In this document: positions 1 to 11,882 of the stretch, piece by piece | Position numbering within the stretch: position 1 is the first letter of the stretch | Layout: the number at the start of each line of letters is the position of its first letter | Assembly (NCBI GenBank): GCA_026770705.1 | Contig: JANJGN010000008.1 | Coordinates: 18,662,001-18,726,000 of the forward strand | From: Isurus oxyrinchus | Taxonomy: Eukaryota | Direction: 5' to 3' | DNA length: 64,000 bases | Made by a program: the position numbers and the translations under genes | The notes under the pieces: model-generated | Told to the model about the DNA's origin: nothing | What the model saw: the letters and a program-made list of their open reading frames with translations, nothing else | The model's database searches: none

Positions 1-515
1 CTTGCCTTAGGGCATAGCAAGTTCTAGAGCACAAGTTGTTAACACTATTGCGAAATATTGTCAGGGCCCATAGCCTTTGCAGTGTCTAGTGCCTTCAGCT
101 GTTTCTTGATACCGTGTGGAGTGAATTGAATTGGCTGAAGATTGCATCTGTGATGAAGGGCTCCTCCAGAGGAGGCCGAATTGGATCATCCACTAGGCAT
201 TTATGGCTGAAGATTGTCGAAAATGCTTCAGCTTTATCATTTGCACTGATGTGCTGGGCTCCACTGTCATTGAGGATAAGGATACTTGTGGAGCCTCCTC
301 CTCCAGTGAGTTGTTTAATTGTCCACCACCAGTCATGACTAGATGTGGCAGGGCTACAGAGCTTCAGTCTGATCCGTCAGTTGTGGAATCGCTTAGCTCT
401 GCCTATTATTTGCTGCTTATGCCATTTGTCACGCAGCTAGTCCTGTGTTGTAGCATCACCAGGTTGACACCTAATTGTTAAGTATGCCTGGTGCTGTTCC
501 TAGCATGTACTCTTC
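1..515 (-). mobile_element. LINE fragment (CR1/L2-group family 'A', ORF2 region)
   Basis: Homologous to 29900-30280 (opposite strand), 32270-32800 and 50830-51350. Confidence 0.75.
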
Positions 516-559
516 ATTATTGTGGGATTCTGAATGACTTGGTTGGTTTTCACATGCAA

Positions 560-1930
560 TGTGAATGACTGTTAGTGTTGCAAGGCCTTAAGGCCAACTC
601 AGACATGCATAACTATAAACCGGACAAAAGAACTGGAATAGTTAACCTTAACAAGTGTGACTATATCTGCAAAATGAATGCCATTCTTAATGATGGGCCC
701 AAATTCGTGTCCAATGCCCCTGCCACTCAGCATAACTCTACAGCCTTGCTTGAAAGCAAGCTAAAAAAGCACTTGTTGGATGTGAGGAGGAGCAACAAGT
801 TGCAGGGTGATGTACATGATAGGATTCATCCTCACAGTTCACTGTGTCCATGTACATATGGGCTGCTGAAGACACAGAAAAGTGATGTCCCTTTGCACTC
901 AATCTTATCTATAACTGGTTCTCCACATTATGAATTGGACAATTGGCTGGGTGAGTTGCTACAGCCAGTTTTGAGTAATTTTTCTACATACACGGTGAAG
1001 GACTCCTTTGCTTTTGCAAAGACCATCCAGGACCTGTATATTGACAGCAATGCTGTGTCCATATGCTGCTTTGACATTCCTGGCCTATTCACCAATGTTC
1101 CACTTCAAGAGGCCATAGATATTTGCATTGTAGCACTTTATCATGGTGATCTAGATGCGTCACCATTGCATGAATCAGTATTCATTGAACTTATGAACTC
1201 AGCAACTAGCACAGTTGAGTTCAGTTTTAACAACATCATGTATGCTTAAATAGATGGTGTTGCCACGGCACTTCCTTTTGGTTCAGCTCTTGCAAACATC
1301 TTTACTGGGTTCCACGTGAAATGTGTCTTTGAGGGAATGACTCCTACCCTGGCATATATCCCATATAGGAAAATATAGTGTTTGCTATATTTGAACTTGC
1401 TGCTGCATGTGAGAATTTCCTTACATACCTTAGTGGGCTCCATCCTGCGCTCAAATTCATCTTTGAAAAGGAGCAGTCAAGTGAGCTCCCCTTCCTTGAT
1501 GTGTTAGTTGAGAAAACTGGCAGGGGGCTCTCTACCATGGTCTACCATGAGCCTACCTTCACTGGTCAATAAACTCATTGGGATTCCTGAAGTTCCATGT
1601 GCTGTAAGATTGGCCTTATTGGCAACATTGTAAATAGGGCCTGAGCCATTTGCTCAAAGTGCAAACTTTATGCTGATTTAAGGTGCATCAAAGTTATCCT
1701 ACAGCATAATGGCTATCCAGATCAGATCATTGCCAGCTGTATTTCAGGCAAACATGAATGGGCCGAAGGCCGTCATTTTCGGTCCTGAAAAGTGCCCAGT
1801 CTACCTCAGATTACCCTTTGGCCTTCATCACAATCTCCATAAGGTTGCCAACCTGTGGTAACTGAACGTGTTGCCCCTCCCTCCTGTCAATCACCTGTGA
1901 TGTACTGTGGGGCCTTCAACCTGCGAGCTC
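560..1930 (+). mobile_element. Decayed Penelope-like element, reverse transcriptase
   Basis: PLE RT motifs KPDK.TGIV, YGLLKTQKSDVPL.SILS, VKDSFAF, FDIPGLFTNVPL, FSFNNIMY..IDGVA, LPFLDVLV. Contains stops and frameshifts. Confidence 0.85.
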
Positions 1931-2209
1931 TTAGCATGGGCAATCCGGAGGGTGGGGGGGGGGGGGTGGAGTTTTCCGACGACAGATTGGGTCTAGGTGC
2001 AGGCATTTCTAAATGTCTCTGTAATGAAGTTTTACTGTTTTTTTTAGCAAAACCTGTCTGCTCCATCAAGTCATCACACACCCATTCCATCCTCTTCATG
2101 GTCATTGCCTAAGGAATTTTATGAGACTAGATAAATGTTAATGTTAATAATCAACACTACTAACCCTTAGTACAATCACTAGCTCTAATGCACAGAGAAT
2201 TTTCAGCCC

Positions 2210-2775
2210 CCAGTATCCTTTGATTCCCTTGTTAGCCAAGAATTTATCTACCTCTGCCTTCAATTATTCAATAACCCTGACTCTACCACTTTTTTGGGAA
2301 GAGAGTTCCACAGACCCATGACACTCTGAGAGAAAAGGTTTCTCCTCATCTCCGTCTTAAATGGGAGGCCGCTTACTTTTAAACTGCGTCACCTGGTTCT
2401 GGTCTCTTCCGCAAGGAGAAAGTCCTTTCAGCATCCACTCTGTCAAACTGTCTCAGGAACTTGTTTCAATAAGATTGTCTCTCATTCTTCTAAACTCCTG
2501 TGGATACAAGCCCAACCTTGGCTTGGCCTAAATAGCCAAGTGGTTATAGTACTGGGTTTGTAACCCCAAGATCAAGAGTTCAAATCTCACAATGGCAAAC
2601 TATGAAACAATGTAGCTTCATCTGAAACAGATGGAAACAGGTTTGTACTCGAAAGAGTTACAAGCCCAACCTTTCCTCATAAGATAACCCCCTTTTCACA
2701 GGAACCAATCTGGTGAACCTTCCTCTGAACTGCTTCTAATGCAATTATGTCCTTTCTTATTTAAGGAGACCAAAA
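2210..2775 (-). mobile_element. CR1-type LINE 3' fragment
   Basis: Reverse-complement homology to 39570-39990 and 44515-44930 (…MRRNFFSQRVVNLWNSLP-type C-terminus). Confidence 0.8.
2520..2658 (+). mobile_element. Short tRNA-derived SINE with 15-bp TSD
   Basis: A box TAGCCAAGTGG and B box GTTCAAATC. Flanked by direct repeats TACAAGCCCAACCTT (2505-2519 and 2659-2673). Confidence 0.75.
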
Positions 2776-2894
2776 TTCATGCTGCCACTAACTCTGCCTC
2801 CTTCCACCTCTATAATGTTGCCCAACTTTGCTCAGATCTCAGCTCAACTGCTTCTGGAAGCTGCATTCATGCATTTGTTACTTTCAGACTCAAT

Positions 2895-5800
2895 AGGCAG
2901 AATTTGTCCATCCCGTCCACGGCTGGTTTCGTGGTGGCCGGGAGCGGAGAATCCAGCGGCAGGCAAAAAGTCGCAAATCCGCCGTTGTAAAAACAACGCG
3001 CAATTTTCCTGATGGTGGGTTTATGGCAAGCTGATTATCCCACCGACTAGTGCTGTGAACGCCATTTGCATTAATTAACATCTCATTAATGCTCATTAAA
3101 ACAGCTGCTCGTAGGAATCTTCCTAGGCCTTCCAATCTTGCCAGTGGGAAATTATGTCAGCCTCAAATCCATTTGAAAAGGGGTGGCGTCCCCAGCTCGC
3201 TGGTAACTTCGAGGTGAGTGGAACATACGTAACCCACCAGCCATAGCGCTGTGCTGGTCTTGTTGTGATGAATGCCACTCTGCTGGGGCTGTAGGGTTGG
3301 ACTGGTCTTGCTCTTTGTGCTTTCATTGTCCAGAGGAACGCCACTGTGCTGTGGTACTCATGCAGGCCTCCGCTTTCAGAAACTAGCACTTCAACCGGAG
3401 TTGGGCTATGAGGTGAGGGTGGGGTTGAGGAACATGAGCGGGGCAATGGGTAGGAAAGACTGCGGAATGGCAGTGATGAGGAAGGGCAAACACGAGAGTG
3501 TAATTTATCGTGTCGCAATCTAACTTCTTGTTGCCACAAGAGTGAGCAGAAATCTGCTTAGTGATGAGAGCCACTGAAAGCCAATGGTTTCATTGTTGCT
3601 GTTAAATGGGTTCCTCAGAACTCAGTGGCTTCACATCACAGTCTCTGCATCTCAATAGTAACACACAGGAATGTAGAATTTGGGATTGCAGGCAATAGTG
3701 AGGGTGACACTGCTGTATCACACATGGTATTCCATCAATTAAGTCCTGTCACATATTCACCAGATGTGACACTCCTAACGGGGCAAAGGGCATCCACTCG
3801 TTGACCATGAGCAACTGATTGGTCATTAATATTCCACACCAGAGATTGGAGCACAGAGTTAGGTTGGGTCACTCATCTCACTGACACTTTAGCATTCCAT
3901 GCAGGGCTCAAGATGTTACATATCTGTGACGCCATCTTGGTCACCTCGATGTGTGTGCTAGTGTCTCAGGGACAAGGTGGCATCAGCCACCATGCAAGTA
4001 GGGCAGAAAAAACTATGGACCTTTAGAGTTTCCAAACATGACATCTTCTGAACTTCAAATTCTTGCCCCTTGAATCATTAATGTCTTCAATGTTTCCTTT
4101 CAGAAAGAAGGCAAAAGCACATATGGATCCAAGGCTCAAAGCTGCTTTTGTCAGGGTTCAAATGCAATAGAAGGGTTGAAGGAGGGAGAGGCAACTCTGT
4201 GCCCAGCCCCAGCAGGAGGGACATGGTCAAGCAGAGTCACAGCACGAACAGGAGGTCAGGATGGGAGGCCCAGACAATGGGAGCAACTTGCCAGATCTAG
4301 GATTTATTGTAGAAGAGTCTCCTATTTACAAATGAGTGAGAGGCAATGCTGTGCACGTCTGTGCTTGTCCTGAGCTCTGGTGCATCACATATGCCACATT
4401 CTTCGTGAAGACCTGACTCCACGTGGAGTTGGAGGGTATCCCCTGCCAGTGGCTTTGAAGGTGACTGGAGCACTCAATTTCTTGGCCTCTGGCTCTTTCC
4501 GAGGATCAACAGGTGACCTGTGCGACATCTCTTAGTCCACAACACACTGATTCATAAAGAACGTCACAGATGCCCTTGGACACTGGCTTCCAGTCACTAA
4601 AGCAGCCTTCTGTCATCATACTCTGCCTCCTACAACTAAGCCAATTTTGAATCCACCTTTTCAAATTACCCTGTATCCCATGTGCATTTGCCTTCTTTAT
4701 AAGTCTCCCAAGTGGGACCTTGTCAAAGGCTTTGCTGAAATCCATATAAACCACATCAACTGCATTACCCTCATCTACACACCTGGTCACCTCCTCAAAA
4801 AGTTCAATCAAATTTGTTAGGCATGACCTCCCTCTGACAAAGCCATGCTGACTATCCCTGGTCAAACCTTGCCTCTCCAATTGGAGATAGATACTCTCCT
4901 TCAGAAATGTCTCCAATAGTTTCCCTACTACTGACATGAGACTCACTGGCCTGGAGTTCCCTGGCTTATCTCAACAACCTTCCTAAATAGTGGAAGCATA
5001 TTAGCAGTTCTCCAGTCCACTGGCACCGCCCCCGTGGTCAGAGAGGAATTAAAAATTTTGGTCAGAGCCCCTGCAATCTCCTCCTTTGCTTCCCTCAGCA
5101 GCCTGGGACACAAATCATCTGGACCTGGAGATTTGTCCACTTTTAAGCCTACCAACACCTCCAATACCTTGTCACTCCCTATATCAATTTGCTTAAGAAC
5201 CTCACAGTCTCTGTCCCCGAATTTGATACCTTCATCCTCATTCTCTTGGGTGAAGACGGATGTGACGTATTCATTCAACACTCTAGCAATGTCCTCTGGC
5301 TCCACCCATAGATTGTCCCCTTGGTCCCTAATGGGCCCTACTCTTTCCCTAGTTATCCTCTTCCCATTGATATACTTATAGAGTATCTTGGGATTTTCCC
5401 TACTTTTACCAGCCAGAGCTTTCTCATATCCCCTCTTTGCTCTCCTAATTGCTTTCTTAAGCTCCACTCTGCTCTTTCTGTACTCCACTAATGCCTCCGG
5501 TGATTTGCTTCAATTGTACCTGCTAAAAGCCTCTCTTTTCCTTATCATCATAACCTGAATATCTCTGGTCATGGTTCTCTGGGCTTGTTACTCCTTCCTA
5601 TCACCCTAGAGGGAACATGTTGAGCCTGTACCCTCCCCATTTCCATTTTGAACACTCCACACTGTTCCTCCGTAGGTTTCACCAGAAGTAACTGTTCCCA
5701 GTCTACCTTGGCCAGATCCTGCCTTATTTTACTAAAATCCACTCTCCCCCAATCCAAAACATATTTTTGCAACTTGTCGATTTCTTTGTCCATATCAAAC

Positions 5801-8760
5801 TTAAACTGTACCATGTTGTGGTCACTATCGCTAAAATGATCCCCCACCGCCATCTCAGCCACCTGTCAGGCTTCATCCCTCAAAGTTAAGTCCAGCAATG
5901 CACCGTCCCTTGTTGGATCCTCCACATATTGACATAATAAGTTCTCCTGTAAACATTTCAAGAAATCCACTCTATCCAAGCCCTTAACACTATGTCTATC
6001 CCAATTAATGTTGGGAAAGTTGAAATCACCTCATATAATTACCCTATTGTTATTTTACATATCTCCACAAATTGTGCCCATATTTGCTCCTCAATTTCCT
6101 ACTGACTATCTGAGGGTCAATAATAAACACCTACCAACGTGGCTGCCCCTTTTTTATTCCTAAACTCTACCCACAAAGCTTTATTTGATGCCTACTCCAA
6201 GATATCATCTCTCCTTACTGCAGTAACGACTCTTTAACTAATAATGCAATCCCTCTTCCTCTTTTATCCCCTCCATTGTCTCGTCTGAAGATTCTATATC
6301 CAGGAATGTTGAGCTGCCAATCCTGCCACTCCCTCAACCATGTCTCAGTGATGGCTACTATATCACAATTCCACGTGTCAATCCTCACCCTTAACTCATC
6401 TGTTTTACCTGTAATACTCCTGGCATTAAAGTAGAGGCCATCCAGCCTTGCCTAACTCCCTTGAAGCTTAATTAATTGCGCTCCCTCTGACTTGATTGTT
6501 TTACTGTATTATGATGTGTCCCTGTTCTGCTAACATTCTGTGTCCCCTCCCCCTGCTGAATTAGGTTAAACTCTTCCCAACAGCATTAGCAAACCCGCCC
6601 GCTCTGGTTCAGATGTAGACCATCCCGCTTGTACAGGTCCCACCTTCCCCAGAAACAGTCCCAGTGATCCAGGGATCTAAAACCCTCCCTCCTGCACCAA
6701 CTCTTAAGCCACGTATTCATCTGTGCTATTCTATTTCTGAGTTCGCTAGCACGCGGCACTGGGAGTAACCCAGAGATTACAACCCGAGAGGCCTTGCTTT
6801 TTAGTCTACTGCCTAACTCCCTGAATTCTTGATGCAAGACCTCATCCCCCTCTCTACCTATGTCATTGGTACCAACATGTACCATGACCTCTACTTTATC
6901 ACCCTCCCCCTTCAGGATGCCCTGCAGCCACTCAGTGACTTCCCGGACCCTGGCACCAGGGAGGCAACATACCATCCTGGAGTCACGTTGATGGCCACAG
7001 TAGCACCTTTCTGTTCCCCTGACTATAGAATCCCCCATTACTATTGCTTTTCATTTCTTCCTCCCCTCCTGTACAGACAGGTTGCTTGTGGTGCCAGAAG
7101 CTTGGCTCTGTCTGCACTCCCTGGAGAAATCAGCACCCTCATCAGCCTCCAAAATGGAATACCAATTTGCAAGCGGGACCCCAGGGACTGCTGAACTACC
7201 TGCCTATTTCTCTTGGACTGCCTGGTGGTCACCCATTCCCTTCCTTCCTTAAGTCCCTTCATCTGCGGTGTGACCACCTCTCTAAACGTACTATCCACGA
7301 TGCTCTCAGACTTGCAGATGCTCCACAGTGTCCCCAGTGCTTGTTCCAGCTCTGAAACCTGAGCTTTCAGGAGCTGCAGCTGGACACACTTCCTGCACAC
7401 ATGCTGGTCCCGGGCACTGGAAATGTCCCCAGCTTCCTGCATGGAGCACAAGGAGCACAGCACGGCTTCTGCCATGACTTATCCCTTTAAATTAAACCTT
7501 TTAATCAATTACTCTAGGGCCCCTCTTTCCTGATCCTCATTACTGTAGAATATACAAACTGTAAACCACAAAAAGACCTTAAGCTATAAGCGATTAAAGT
7601 AGTAAATACCTTACCCACTACTTACCAGTGATTCCTTTCCCTTGTAGCCTCTACTGCTGCAGCTCGCTCTGAAGATTTAAGAAGTTGAATAGCAAGGAAA
7701 AAATGCAAAGAGCACCTCATCCCCCATGCACCAAATTCCTGCTTTGCACCAAACTGCCAATACCCACTCTGGCTGTGCCCCACTCAGGATGGAATGGCTT
7801 TGAGGAATCCATCTGCTGGTGCCTAGAAATAGGAAATAGAGTTTCAGTTAATGAGAATGTGCTAGATAAGAGTGCATGTGGCTCAATGTGAACGTCAGGA
7901 TTTGGTGAAGTGATGGAGCTGTGATCCGTATTAGGTTGGTAGGAGAGGCTGATCTCCCATCCCACACAGGAGTGATCCATGTCCTGCCCAGCCAGCTTGG
8001 CTGCAGCCTCCTCAAACTCACTGAGGGCAATGATGTCAGCCATCCCTCCTCTGGTCAGCGCTCTCTCCAGCCTGTTTTGTGTGCCCGTTTGGCCTGTCTG
8101 AAGAAGAAAGAAAGGCAGGTGATGAGAAGGGATGGGGCAGAGGTTGGGTGAGATGCATGTCCACTGTGTGTGGTGAGCCCTCTCCAGAAGGGCCAGAGGA
8201 TGGAGTGTGAGCAGCACGATAGATGGGATGGTGGTGAAGTGAACGTCTCGGTGAGAGAATATACGTTGATATGTGTCCCTGCTCATGGTTGCGTGAGATC
8301 CCTGAAGAGAGTAGCCGTTTCAGTGCACGATGCCATGATCAGAGTTTGATATTGGGGTAGTTGAAGGATGACTTACCCTGGCAGAGTGGATGAGATCATT
8401 CTCTTTCTGCACTGGGTGGTATTTCGGGCACTGTTGCCAGCCGCACTGGCCTGTTCCACAAAGGCCTCCCAGGCCAGAGAGATGAGGCTGCTGTGTTTCA
8501 TGCTGCCACCCCTGGGACAGAGCCTTTGCTTCTGCACCTCTCTGACGAAGACCTGGAGGGCCTGGTGGGTGAAGCAGGGTGCTGCCTTCTTCTTCAGGCT
8601 CTCGGCCTTCCTCTTCTGGCTGGGTAGGTATGATATCTTACATTTGTAATTCCACATTTAAAAATCACGTCACAAATTTCAGTTGAAATGTATGTAATGT
8701 ATGTAACCATGTATGGTTGATAATTCATTTTATTTGGAGGTGCCATCATTCGAATGAGAT
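2895..8760. mobile_element. Decayed PIF/Harbinger DNA transposon (interrupted by CR1)
   Basis: TIR-like start ggcagaattt at ~2895. HARBI1-like N-terminus on + at ~4280-4575 (MSERQCCARL, LPVALKVTGALNFLASGSF). Myb/SANT-like ORF on - at ~8373-8610 (AAPCFTHQALQVFVREV…LAWEAF…RNTTQCRKR). Right end approximate. Confidence 0.7.
4575..7690 (-). mobile_element. CR1 LINE: ORF1 (zinc finger + SGNH esterase) and ORF2 (APE + N-terminal RT), 3'-truncated
   Basis: ORF1 motifs CSLCSM…HVCRKCVQL, GDSIVRG, CCLPGARV, VHVGTND, DGLHLN. ORF2 motifs SDHNMV, KSPGPDD, QHGFVRGRSCLTNL, VYMDFSKAFDKVP. Confidence 0.92.
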
Positions 8761-9106
8761 GCTAATCTGATGCATGCTTCACAGGAGGCCCACCTAGGTT
8801 AGTGTGAGACTAGTCCCACTCAAAGTTATTTGGCACTTCTTACTGCTAACCTTTACCTCTTAAAGGGGAGTGTATTCTGACTGCTGCAGGTGCTGGACTT
8901 GGATGGGAGAGACTTTTTTCAGCAGGGTCTGACACTGATGAGCCCAGGAGACCCGCCAATGAGGTCACTCCCTTGCCCAACAGCAGTCTACACGGCTAAA
9001 GCAGCTGGGCTTCCCATATGGCAATGGCCTCCCCCTGCTACAGATAAAATAGCGATGTGTACATGATGAGGCCCTTATGAATGGGCCACTTGAGGGCCTC
9101 ATTGGC

Positions 9107-11342
9107 TGTTATGGACTTGATTTTCCAGACAGGTTTCTAATTAGAAACATCAAACTTTATTTACAGGCTGCAGCAGCAGTTACATGCTTCCATCAAGCTC
9201 CACAACTAGAAGAAGAGCTCCTACTCTAACGGTCCCCCATGCTCAGAGCTGATTTGTTCACATGTCACATGATACTATATAGCACAATAAGTCTTCAAGC
9301 TATTAGTCACCACGTTTCTTAACGCTACAATTACTACAATCCTCTTCCTTTAAATTTTTTGTACAGTTTGTATTTACAAGATTATCTACCTTCACAACAT
9401 TACAAATATATACAGGGGTCATTGAATTCTAAGTTCAATCTCTCAGGTAGTTTCCTGATCCTGGTGGATCGTCACAGCTCCACGACTTTCGAATCTCTTA
9501 CAGGATCCATATAACCTGGAGCTGCAGCAATGTCAGCTACCTCTTTAGGCTCAGCCAGTTCTGCGTTTTTGACTCCAGCAGAGACATCTGGTATGTCTAT
9601 CCTTGGTTTAACAAGTTGAACAGGGAGCACGATTTCTACAACAAAACAAAAACAGAATTACCTGGAAAAACTCAGCAGGTCTGGCAGCATCGGCGGAGAA
9701 GAAAAGAGTTGACGTTTCGAGTCCTCATGACCCTTCGACAGCACGATTTCTACAATGGTTACAGCTGGAACATCATTTTTGTTCGGGTTTCTTTCTTCTT
9801 CCCAAATGATCCACGTGTTTGCAGGTGATACGGCCCTCCAATTCTACATGATGTGACAGAAACTATTACACCAGGTAACCACTTGCATCTTGGAAAGTTG
9901 TACAACTTTTCCTTTCAATGCCTCTTTAGCTTCATTTAGCTGATTCCTCAGTTGTTTGTTAGACAGCTAGCCTCACTGAGCTGGTACTGCCTTGGATTTT
10001 CTCTGAACTCCTATGTCCTCACTGTATCCAGCTATTTAAGACTCTCAGGACTTTTCCTGAGCCCTCTCCAATTACCAGGCCTTCCCCTGAGCCCTTTTTG
10101 AGTTTCTTCTGCTGTTTCCATTCTACTGTTTAAGACAGTCTTCATTTTTTCATGTTGCTGAATGGTTACACATTCCTTTTGCATTTTATTTTGAAGGAAA
10201 ATCAACTGTTCGCTCAGCTATTTATTTTCTGGTTGCCTCCTTCTGGGGCCTCCTGTTGCCCTTGCTGGGGTTGGCCTCTCTCTGGGCTCTCTGGTTCTCT
10301 TCCGCAGAGTTGCCTCCTCTCTGAGGTCTCTTGTTGCCAATTGGCCTGTATTGCGAGCTGCCCTCTCTCTGGGGCCACTTCCAATTTTCTGTCCACAGCC
10401 ATTTTTTTTGTATTAAATGTATTGCTGCTTTAAGAGCTCTCACTGTTCTTGTTTTTACTCGGGCCATCTCTGCAGCTGGTGGCTTTTCTGGGCTGTTTTT
10501 GAGTTCACCGTGTTTTTTGTGTTTTGGCAGGCTCGCCAGCAAACGTGGCTGCTTTTTATTACGAACTCTGCTGGCTTATCTCATGTTGGACGTCCCTCAC
10601 TTCTGGAGACCCAGTGGCCTCGTGGTCCAATCAGGGCCATTTCTTTTAAATTTAAACCTGTAGCACTGCTTTCAATTCTGATTGCCCTTTTCTAAAACTT
10701 GCAAGCTATCACCTCAGCAACAAACGTTTTTTAAAATATTTTTAACGCTGCATCCTTTTTTTAACTGTGCACTGCAGGTTGTTTTTAAATGTTTCTTTAC
10801 TTGCAGCTGTGCGCCAGCTTCTCTAACCTACTGGGTCAGCAGGACTGCCACCTATTTTGGAATTTATGTACAGATTCTCTTTTTCTTTCATTTTTGCCTC
10901 AGTAGGTCCTGTTTCTTTTTAAATGTTGGGAGTGCTCTGGGAGTTTCCTCAGCTATTTGTCTTGGGGCCCACTTATTTTCTTTAACTTAAAATGTTTGAA
11001 CTCTGCAGTATACTAGATGAGTATATTTTCCTTTTCTTCTGTTTAAGCAAGATACTCACAGTTGCTGGGCGAGGGACAACACCAGACCTGATCCCATCCT
11101 CATCACCAATACTTTATGAACTTGCTTTTCCAAACAGGTTTTTCATTTGAAATATCAAACTTTATTTACAGGCTGCAGCAGCAGATATATGCTTCCATCA
11201 AGCTTCACGACTAGAAGAATAACTCCCACTTTAAGGTTCCCCACACTTAGAGCTGATTGGTTCACACTGTCCTGTGATATGATATACCACAATAAGTCTT
11301 AAAGCTACAATCACTACATTCCTTAAAGATACAATGGCTACA
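9107..11342 (-). mobile_element. Internally deleted Ty3/Gypsy LTR retrotransposon with both LTRs
   Basis: Two ~230-bp direct repeats (9107-9338 and ~11112-11342). 5-bp TSD TTGGC (9102-9106 and 11343-11347). PBS at 11091-11108 resembles the tRNA-Ser 3' end. PPT at ~9339-9354. Integrase-tail remnants KWLPG and KHVD at ~9810-9890. Confidence 0.85.
9642..9739 (-). mobile_element. Young ~98-bp Penelope pseudo-LTR fragment with 16-bp TSD
   Basis: Essentially identical to 14030-14127. Direct repeats AGCACGATTTCTACAA at 9626-9641 and 9740-9755. Confidence 0.85.
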
Positions 11343-11794
11343 TTGGCCCAATTCCGCAAACGGAACCCCCCCCCCCCCCCAATAAAATTTGAGACAGATT
11401 GGCAATGGGTGGGTAGGCAGTAGGTGGGACACCCATTGGATTTTATGAGCCCTCCTGCCTTCAAACCTGCCGGCAGAGGAGAGTATGTTGCTGTGGGATA
11501 AATGTGGATTATATATGGTCCATCGTATGTGAGTATGTATAACTTTTATTTCGCTTATCAGTGGGAGAGGTGGTATCATGACTGAAGAATGTGATTGCAC
11601 GTTTTATATTTCCCAATGAGAATGTGGAAATAATTTGTTAAGATGTTTTACCTCATTTCTTTATTTACACAGTCTGAGTGATAAACATATTGAAGAAATG
11701 TGTCTCAGTTACACTTCGTGTTTTTTTTGGTGCTATATATAATAACTGTATCTAAATGTATATTTCTCACAGGCAAAGAGACTGAATCTGTGAA

Positions 11795-11882
11795 ATGAGT
11801 CTACGAATTTTCTGCAGCAAATTGTCAGCTGGCTCGATGTTCAGTTTCTTTGTGTTTCTATTTCCGCCTGTTTTCACACAAA
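11795..11882 (+). CDS. Leader/signal-peptide exon (MSLRIFCSKLSAGSMFSFFVFLFPPVFTQ)
   Basis: ATG at 11795, hydrophobic core, phase-1 donor A|GTAAGT at 11883. An upstream acceptor (tatttctcacag, ending 11772) implies a further 5'UTR exon. Confidence 0.75.

Noticed and set aside
2524-2596. Possible tRNA gene
   Set aside because: Poor acceptor-stem pairing, and it sits within a TSD-flanked insert with a non-tRNA tail, so it is a SINE head.
8373-8657. Myb/SANT-like ORF as a host MSANTD-type gene (likewise 15384-15733)
   Set aside because: Degenerate and frameshifted, and paired with HARBI1 remnants inside Harbinger elements.
11480-11534. Possible non-coding first exon ending at the GTGAGT donor at 11529
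   Set aside because: Plausible given the acceptor at 11772, but not supportable without transcript data.
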